A stretch of DNA of 64,000 bases from contig OZ024742.1 of the NCBI GenBank assembly GCA_964016885.1, forward strand, positions 65,472,001-65,536,000, read 5' to 3'. This document shows, piece after piece, positions 56,496-64,000 of the stretch. This DNA comes from Eledone cirrhosa. Taxonomy: Eukaryota. Within the stretch, counting starts at the first letter, position 1; each line of letters begins with the position of its first letter. Below the pieces are notes generated by a model. The model made no database searches, was not told the origin of the DNA, and saw nothing but the letters and a program-made list of their open reading frames with translations. Both the position numbers and the translations under genes were made by a program.

Positions 56496-59400
56496 GTGTT
56501 TAAATGTCGAACCTAAACAGTTCGAATAACGGTGAAGTGGAGACTAGAATGTCATGTGACAGACTCTCACCCAGCAGGTGCTCCCTGGCTCAGCAGCAAG
56601 GACCTGGCTGTCAACCAAATACTGCTGGTGCCGGAGGAAGAAGAAGAAGGAAAGGGACCAGAACCAACTGGACGAAAGAATTGAATAGAACTGTTATGCA
56701 ATGTTACCTGAAGAGTATCCCCAAGGAGAAAGGCTATAGGAAACGGATGCATAACCTCTGGAACGAGATTGGTCTATTTAAATTAGATGAACAAAAATTG
56801 GCCGGGCAGGCTCGGGTAATAAGAACTAATGGGTGGATAAGCGAGCTGGAACTGGAGGAACTGAGCAGAGAGATTAGCTTGGAAATGGAGAAGGGAGTAT
56901 GCCAGGCAAACGAACCAGTAGGAAATGAAGGTAAAGAGGGTGAGAGAACGGAGGAACCATCCGAAGCAGACAATGATCTGAATGCTGAAATAAATAATAC
57001 CTGGAACAAAGATACGACCATTGAGGAGATGAATGCTGACGGGCTAGGACAAGATTTGGTTGATATCCTAAACTTAGTGGTAGATGAATTGAAAAATGAT
57101 AGTGGGAAACCTATGAACCTAAGATTTGTAGACAGGAAAAAGTTAAAAGAAACAACAGCTAAGGTAAACAAAGTCATCCCATACCTTGAGGCGAGGAGCC
57201 TTCACCAGTGCAACAATATCCTCAAAGCAACAGCAAATGCGGTGAGGAAATTACTTGGTATAAAAGCGGGAGGAAACAGCAAACAAGAAAGATCAGAGCC
57301 TTGGTGGAATAAACGACTGAGTGGTCAAATCAGGGAAATGAGAACTGACATTGGAAAGCTTGAGTCCCTACTGAATGGGCCACTAAAAAACATAGACACT
57401 AAAAATAGACTGGAAATAAAGTACAAAACTAGGAGGAAAAAGCTAAATATTATCATAGAGGAACTGAAGCAACGCATTGTAGCAAAGAGTGCAAAAATTA
57501 GGCGATAAGAGAGCAGAGTCAGTCAGTATAGACAGAACCGCATGTTCGACAACAACCAGAAGATGCTGTTTGGACAGCTTGAAGGGAAAGAAAGAAGCAA
57601 CGACTTGATCCCTGAGGCGGAACAAACTAAAAGATTCTGGAGAGGAATATGGGAGCAGGATGTTAAACATAATGACCAGGCAGTGTGGATTGAGACAGTA
57701 CAGAAGGAGATTAGTGAACAGGCACACCAACAAACTGACTTGAGTATCAAAGTTGAAACTCTTAAGGGGCAGGCCAAAAATAACCAACTGGAAATCACCA
57801 GACCCAGATGGTGTGCAGGGGTATTGGATTAAAAATATAACATCCCTCCACCCGAAACTGACAACCATGTTCAATGACTGATTGATGTCAGGTGAGGTAC
57901 CAGATTGGTTGAGAAAAGGTACCACAGTTCTGGTAATGAAGGACCGAATCAAGGGTAATGATGTTACCAACTATAGACCTATCACATGTCTGTGCGTAAT
58001 GTGGAAACTGTTGACAAGCATTATGTCTGAGGAAATCTACCATCACCTCCACACAAACAACTTGTTACCGGACGAACAGAAAGGATGCCGAAAGAAGTCC
58101 CGTGGTACAAAGGACCAGTTACCTATTGATAAGATGGTAATGTGGAATTGCAAGAGGAGACACACTGGTCTTGCCATGGGATGGATAGACTACAAAAAGG
58201 CATTTGACATGGTGCCTCATTCTTGGATCACCAAAAGCCTAGAGATCTTCAAGGTGGCAGATAACATCAGACAGTTGTTGGGCAAAAGTATGAAGTCCTG
58301 GGAAACAGAGTTAACATCAGCTGGAAAATCCTTGGCAGGCGTGAAGATCAAGAGAGGTATCTTCCAGGGAGATAGTCTGTCTCTCTGTTGTTTGTCCTTG
58401 CCCTGATGCCCCTGACCATTATACTGCGAAAAGTGAGAGCAGGATACAAGTTGGGAAAGGGAGAGCTTACCATCAATCACCTCCTCTTCATGGACGATCT
58501 TAAGCTGTTCGGGAAGAGCGAGAAGGAGTTGGATGTGCTTGTTGACACTGTCCGTATTTTCAGCAATGATATATGTATGTAATTTGGTATTAGTAAGTGT
58601 GGAGTCCTTGTGATGAAGAGGGGGTAAATTGAGCAGAAGTAACGGAATCCAGCTACCAACAGGTGAGATGACAAAGGAAATTGACACTGAAGAAGGATAC
58701 AAGTATTTGGATGTTCTGGAGGCTGATGACATCAAGAACAAAAAAAATGAAGGAATTGATAAGAAATGAATACATTCGGAGAATAAGGAGCGTATTAAAG
58801 TCACATCTGAACAGTAGGAATGCCATAAGTGCAGTAAATTCCCGAGCTGTGTCTATTATTAGGTACAGTGCGGGAATTCTGAGATGGAATGTTGCTGAAC
58901 AAAAAGAAATGGATAGGAAGACTAGGAAGCTATTGACTATCTACAACATGTTCCACAAGAGGAGTGATGTCGATAGACTCTACTTAAAGAGATCTGAAGG
59001 TGGAAGAGGTCTTATCAGCATAGAGGACTGTGTTCAGATGGAGAAAAACAACCTACACAAATACGTGACTGATAGTAAGGAGCCAATGCTCAGAACTATA
59101 CTGAAAGAGAGGACAATAGACCAAGGGATGTCCAGGGAGGAAATAACAACAAGCAGAAAGAGCAGCCTCCAGGAAAAATCCCTTCATAGTACCTTCTTTG
59201 AGAAAACTGAATTCAGAGACCCACAGACATGGAACTGGTTGAAAAGAGGAAACCTTAAAAAGGCTACAGAAGGAATGTTAATGGCTGCGCAAGAGCAGGC
59301 CCTCAAAACGAAGTGGTTGAAACACCATATTTACAAGGAGGAGGCTAGCCCACTGTGCAGGATCTGTGGAGAGAGAGAGGAGACTGTGGCTCACATTGTA

Positions 59401-59993
59401 TCCGAGTGTAAACACCTAGCCCAGACTTACTATAAGGGCTGGAGACATTATGTGATGGGCAGGGTGATCCACTGGCACCTATGCAAAGTAAACAATTTAC
59501 CACATTCTAAGAAGTGGTATGAGCCGGTGATAGAAAACGATCAGGTGAAGGTGCTGTGGGATTTTAGGATACAGACGGACTAGAAACTGGAACACAATAG
59601 AACTGACCTGGTGGTTTTGGACAAAGAAAAAAGATCGTGCCTGATTGTGGATGTGGCCTGCCCATTCGACACGAGAGTGCAAGAGAAGGAGAGGGAGAAA
59701 ATTAACCGATACCAGGACTTAAAGCGGGAGGTAAAAAGGATTTGGAACTGCCATGAAGTCAAAGTGGTCTCGATTGTCATAGGCGCACTAGGTACTATCT
59801 CAAAAAGTTTCCAGGGATGGTTAAAGAAAATTAGCCCCTTCACACTTTTTGGAACGCTTCAAAAGGCATGCTTGCTGTAAACAGCAAGAACCCTCCGGTA
59901 CGTCCTGAATATCTGAGGCTGCAGGTAGTGGCTTGATATTCATTTCAACAAATTTTCCAGTTAACTAACATCAATGACTGAGACTCAAAGAAC
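56495..59993 (+). mobile_element. R4/Dong-clade LINE (RT + restriction-like endonuclease), apparently full length, inserted in (TAA)n
   Basis: N-terminal WTKELNRTVMQCY..GYRKRM; [43 protein letters not shown]; CCHC CRICGEREETVAHIVSEC; RLE DLVV..IVDVACP..EREKINRYQDL; (AAT)21 on the left and about (AAT)9 on the right. Confidence 0.95.
56504..59916 (+). pseudogene. Dong single ORF broken by several stops/frameshifts
   Basis: Consecutive track pieces 56504-57508, 57542-57832, 57882-58406, 58388-58582, 58681-59583 and 59611-59880. Confidence 0.92.
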
Positions 59994-60190
59994 AATAATA
60001 ATAATAATAATAATAATAATGATAATAAAAACCATAGATAATTGTTATTATAATACAGAAACATGGCATATTAAATATACCCCCACTATATTATCATTAC
60101 ATATGAATTCTCTAAAAATCATATCTAACCTTGTTCAAATACACACTGGCACACACTGAGTAAGAGAGGGAGAGGGAAAGAGAGAGCGAG

Positions 60191-60262
<72 letters not shown>

Positions 60263-60433
60263 ACACATATATATATATATATATATAATTACATATACAT
60301 GTATATATATAGGCATATATTTATATATATTTATATTTATATACTATATATTTATATATATATGTATATGTATATACTATGAACACACACATATATATGT
60401 ATATATATTCATATGTATACTCTCTCTCTCTCT

Positions 60434-60529
<96 letters not shown>

Positions 60530-60562
60530 ACTATATGCTATATATATATACACACACACACA

Positions 60563-60640
<78 letters not shown>

Positions 60641-61102
60641 GATATATATATTTATATATATATGTATACTATATGCTATATATATATACACATATATATA
60701 TATAAATACCCATTCACACAAGAACACTGTGCACCACTGCGTACGTTCAGGCGACAAGACGTCATTGGTCGGCGTGAAGACACTTGAAGTTTCCCACTTC
60801 AAATATTCATTCAAGACAATTCCTGGAAATTTCCATTTCCAAGTGCTTCTCTTTTGTTAATCGATTTTGATCGAGTGTCACTTGTGATAATTCAAGAGTG
60901 GAGGAGAGGTGTGTTGTGAGTAGTGCTGTTTAAACACACACACACACACACACACACACACGCGCGCGTGCGCGCGCGCACGCACCACCCGCACACATTT
61001 ATGCATAAACTTCCAGAGCCATAACTGCATATGAATACATATATAAATTTGGAAATACACTGTCGCATGAAATACGTACACATACACACTTATATATGTA
61101 TG

Positions 61103-61150
<48 letters not shown>

Positions 61151-61272
61151 TGTATATATATATATATGTATATATATATTATTATATATATATGTATATA
61201 TGTATATGTATATATATATATATGATTATAAGTATATATATGTATACATAAGTATGCATGTATGTATTATAA

Positions 61273-61324
<52 letters not shown>

Positions 61325-61409
61325 ACCTGAACATGTACACTTCAACACATGCACACATATATGTGTGTTTTCTAAAGTGAAGTAAAAGTGGGGTCATTAT
61401 ATATATTGC

Positions 61410-61589
61410 GCTGGATTGGCAGTATAGGTAGAGGGTCGGACGTCATGCTTTGGCGCATAGAGCTACGGCTCTTTCCATTCTGAGTTCAAATCCCCCCGAG
61501 GTCAATTTTGCCTTTCATCCTTACGGGGTCGATAAAATAAAGCACCAGTAATGTACTGGGTCATTGCTGGCCTTGTGCCAAAAGTAGAA

Positions 61590-61595
<6 letters not shown>
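61410..61595 (+). mobile_element. Meta-like SINE, near full length
   Basis: A-box, B-box, core and tail as in 10113-10301. Confidence 0.88.
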
Positions 61596-61640
<45 letters not shown>

Positions 61641-61805
61641 CGGAGTCATACGCCGTATATTTTGTGGATAATCTATTCATATGCAAGTGGAAGTACGTAT
61701 CAAAGCAAATATCTTTGACTGTATATAATCTACTGACAAACAGACACACACACATATATATATACATACATATATACATATATACTCATATACATATACA
61801 TACAT

Positions 61806-61884
<79 letters not shown>

Positions 61885-62023
61885 TACATTTGTATATATA
61901 TGTACATATATTCATACATATGTATGTATATATGTATATATATATATGTGTGTATATATATATATTAAGAATATTTTCGAAACAGCGAGTGGGTTTGAAA
62001 TTATTAGAAATGTAAGCTATCGC

Positions 62024-62211
62024 CGTATTTTGACTAAAGAAATTAAAGAAATTATTTAGCCTGATAGTGGGGTTAAGAACCCTCGGAGAAATGGAAAAAG
62101 ATGAGTATTGACGTCCCATGTACGTCAATACTCATCTTTTTCCATTTCTCCGAGGGTTCTTAACCCCACTATCAAGCTAAATAATTTCTTTAATTTCTTT
62201 AGTCAAAATAC

Positions 62212-62212
<1 letters not shown>
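62024..62212. repeat. Near-perfect hairpin, 91-bp arms, 7-nt loop
   Basis: 62024-62114 vs 62122-62212, one mismatch seen. Confidence 0.95.
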
Positions 62213-62249
<37 letters not shown>

Positions 62250-62252
<3 letters not shown>

Positions 62253-63400
62253 AAAGTTTTATTTAAAATTGTTGGGTTACAACGAGTAGACGTAACATTA
62301 AATCTCAACACATGTCTTCACTATCCATTTCACAAGTTAAATGAAAACTTGAATTATGTCAATTTTAGCTCCAATCACCCCAGATCTGTCAAAAATACTA
62401 TAGTGAACTCTGTTCAAAATCGTATCTCTAGAATCTCTTCCAATAAAAATATTTTTGACGAAAAAGCCCAGTATTATAATGAAGCGTTAGCTAGAGCAGG
62501 ATATAGTGATAACATTATGTACATCGATAATAGACAAACTAACCAAAATAACAACAATTTTAATTACGGTAACAACTTTAACAACTATAATAGAAAGCAT
62601 TACAATAATTCCAAAAACCAGAAAAGAAATAGAACTAGAAATATAATATGGTTTGCCCCCCCCCCCCCCTTTCTCACTAAACATTAAAACCCACATCGCT
62701 AAACTATTTTTTAATGCTCTTGACAAACGCTTCCCTAGAACACATAAGTATCACTCAATTTTCAATAGACATACTATAAAATTAACATACTCGTCCACCA
62801 AAAATTTAGCACAAAATATTAATAGAATAAATAATAGGAATCTAAAACCTAGCCAAAATACCGAAAATAGCCTAAACAATATTCAAGTAAACAACTGTAA
62901 CTGTAGAGATAGATCTAAATGTCCGCTAAATAACAATTGATTAGTTAAAAATATAATATACAACTGTAATGCTAAAACTGACTTAAATTCTTTTAATTAT
63001 GTTGGTTCCACCTCGACAGAATTTAAACTTCGCTATAATAATCACAAGAATTCTTTCACGGATCCAAATAAAAAATCTTCAACATCACTATCAGGCTTAC
63101 TCTGGCAACTTAAACATGATAATGTTGGATATTCGATGGTTTGGAATATAGTCTCAAAAGGGATTCCTTTTAATTCCTCTTCTGAGACATGTGACCTCTG
63201 CGCGGAGGAGATATTCTTTATACTAAAATCTAAAAATTCCCTTAATTTACGGACCAATTTATTCAGCTGCTGCAGACATAGATTGAACTCAACTTTTAAA
63301 TATAAATATAAATTTAAAATGTAGTATATTTACTTAAGATTTTTAACTATTTATGAAACTTGGCGATAAATCTTTCGATTCCTTCAATTTTTTTTTTTTT
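62250..63400 (+). mobile_element. Naiad-like PLE (probably family B), 5'-truncated, with short inverted 3'-end piece at its 5' junction
   Basis: DVTLNL..YVNFSSNHP..RNIIWF(poly-C frameshift)PPFS..CNCRDRSKCPLNNN[TGA]LVKNIIY..YVGST..FKLRYNNH..CDLCAEE..CRH, stop at 63324. Confidence 0.9.
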
Positions 63401-64000
63401 TTCAAAAACCTTTCTGCATGAATATATAATTAATGAGATTAATTAAACTACCCTAAAATGGCGATGTTCCCAATCTATTGAATACATTTTTTAAGCTAGA
63501 TAAACTTCTATAATAAATATAAGAGCATTTGTAGAATAAGTTTTTGAATGATTTCTGCTAAATAAGTTTTGTTGAACAATTTTGGTTTTTGTTTGCTTTT
63601 GATTCTGATTGCTTCTAATGAACTTGACAATATATTGTCAAATAAATTGGAAGGGTGGTTTTATGTGATTGATATGCGTGGCATACTATGTTCTCTTACG
63701 TCCCTAGATACTCTGGGGAGTGACGAAGATATTCTTGGCGTTTTTAATTTTTAATATATTGATATCTGTTGTCTATTCTATGCTTGAACGATAATCATGT
63801 AAGTGAGGGCAAGAATATTACTATTAATATTAATGTATATTTTATGTCTATATATATATGTATGTACATATATATATGGTTGAATCTTTTGTAACGCAAT
63901 GAAGATTTTCATGAAAAATAAGAATTTGCAGAGCAGATCACGTAAGTTCACATGTGTGTATATAATTGTCAACTTGAATTTGAGATAACCTTCTCTTTTC

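Noticed and set aside
62059-62095. Hammerhead within the 91-bp hairpin (CTGATAG..GAGAAA)
   Set aside because: The core is non-canonical and there is no stem I/III or NUH site
63350-63385. SECIS candidate ATGA-N11-AAA
   Set aside because: No complementary 3' arm with a correctly spaced GA; needs a proper search on the full-length family UTR
63400-64000. Further TE coding remnant on the minus strand (LEAIRIKSKQKPKLFN)
   Set aside because: Suggestive of a GIY-YIG end but too decayed to call

Overview
AT-rich animal genomic DNA dominated by microsatellites and retroelements, with one 200-N assembly gap (32301-32500). The SINE families and the (TA)n/(CA)n/(ACAT)n load suggest an octopod cephalopod, but that is inference. 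No host gene can be called with confidence, and most ORFs in the track are microsatellite translations. Recognisable content: (i) at least seven Penelope-like retroelement (PLE) copies or fragments, mostly Naiad-like plus one Neptune-like, with RT and/or GIY-YIG coding, inverted pLTRs and ends in (TA)n; (ii) about 12 canonical-core type I hammerhead ribozymes (HHRs) and about 6 decayed ones from several families; (iii) two Tx1/L1-clade LINEs and a full-length but broken R4/Dong LINE, with one Tx1 and the Dong sitting head-to-head in one (AAT)n array; (iv) RTE fragments, a hATm transposase remnant, two Helitron/Helentron-like non-autonomous elements and about 25 SINE copies. Top leads: a non-coding, highly structured 466-bp HHR unit with exact 169-bp terminal redundancy (candidate retrozyme/circRNA element, 5856-6490); an in-frame TGA at a conserved zinc-ligand Cys in a Naiad-like PLE (candidate selenocysteine, 62938-62940); and recurrent fold-back palindromes carrying ribozymes on both strands. 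All coordinates and alignments were read by eye and may be off by a few bases.
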